DNA from: Hoyosella sp. YIM 151337
GTDB taxonomy: Bacteria > Actinomycetota > Actinomycetes > Mycobacteriales > Mycobacteriaceae
Reading direction: 5' to 3'
DNA: 24,000 bases
Assembly (NCBI RefSeq): GCF_026041215.1
Contig: NZ_JAPEIQ010000006.1
Location: 116,146-140,145, forward strand
Below the pieces are notes generated by a model, which ran no database searches, was not told where the DNA came from, and was given only the letters and a program-made list of their open reading frames with translations. Positions 23,928 through 24,000 of this stretch are shown here, piece by piece. Numbering within the stretch: the first letter of the stretch is position 1; each line of letters begins with the position of its first letter. The position numbers were made by a program, and so were the translations under genes.

Positions 23928-23935
23928 CAAGGCTG

Positions 23936-24000
23936 TCAGTGCGCGAAGTGCCGCGCCCCCGTCAGGTATAGCGCCACGCCCGCATCTTTAGCCGCAGCGA
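23936..24000 (-). CDS. 3' end of an unidentified convergent CDS (partial, runs off the window)
   Basis: The open frame to the window edge ends ...AAAKDAGVALYLTGARHFAH*. Supported only by the convergent hairpin and the open frame. Confidence 0.3.
   Translation of the reverse strand, partial: AAAKDAGVALYLTGARHFAH

Noticed and set aside
1-24000. CRISPR arrays, IS elements, rRNA, toxin-antitoxin pairs and obvious defence systems.
   Set aside because: I noticed no regularly spaced direct repeats, terminal inverted repeats with a transposase, rRNA-like sequence or paired small ORFs of TA type while reading both strands. Absence cannot be proven without computational scans.

Overview
GC-rich actinobacterial chromosome segment of Corynebacteriales (mycolic-acid bacteria) type. 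The central gene order (mprA-mprB-pepD-moaB, mscL, SAF protein, zinc-ribbon ruc with a CIRCE element, 5-formyl-THF cyclo-ligase, galU-moeA-rimJ, membrane protein) mirrors M. tuberculosis Rv0981-Rv0996 and the equivalent Corynebacterium locus. The left part (1-8.3 kb) looks more accessory. It holds an ABC-2 permease and a secreted Ag85-type mycolyltransferase bracketed by two unannotated paralogous mini-ORFs (46 and 37 aa, below the ORF-track cutoff). It also holds a DUF1801-like protein, a frameshifted DUF5946-like gene, an MFS-TetR pair with a 39-bp palindromic operator candidate, tRNA-Ala(CGC) and an orphan membrane-anchored protein. The right part (19.8-22.7 kb) is a divergent island of six ribosomal-protein paralogs lacking the Zn-ribbon Cys motifs (C- type): L32 and L31B on one side, L28, L33, S14 and S18 on the other. 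L32 and L33 are missing from the ORF track. The island includes a COG0523-like protein with degenerate P-loop and CxCC motifs, and a repeated AACGAWTGTCA motif in the shared promoter (candidate Zur operators). I saw no CRISPR array, IS element, integrase or rRNA. All functional calls rest on motif and family recognition by eye, manual translation and remembered synteny; no database search was possible.
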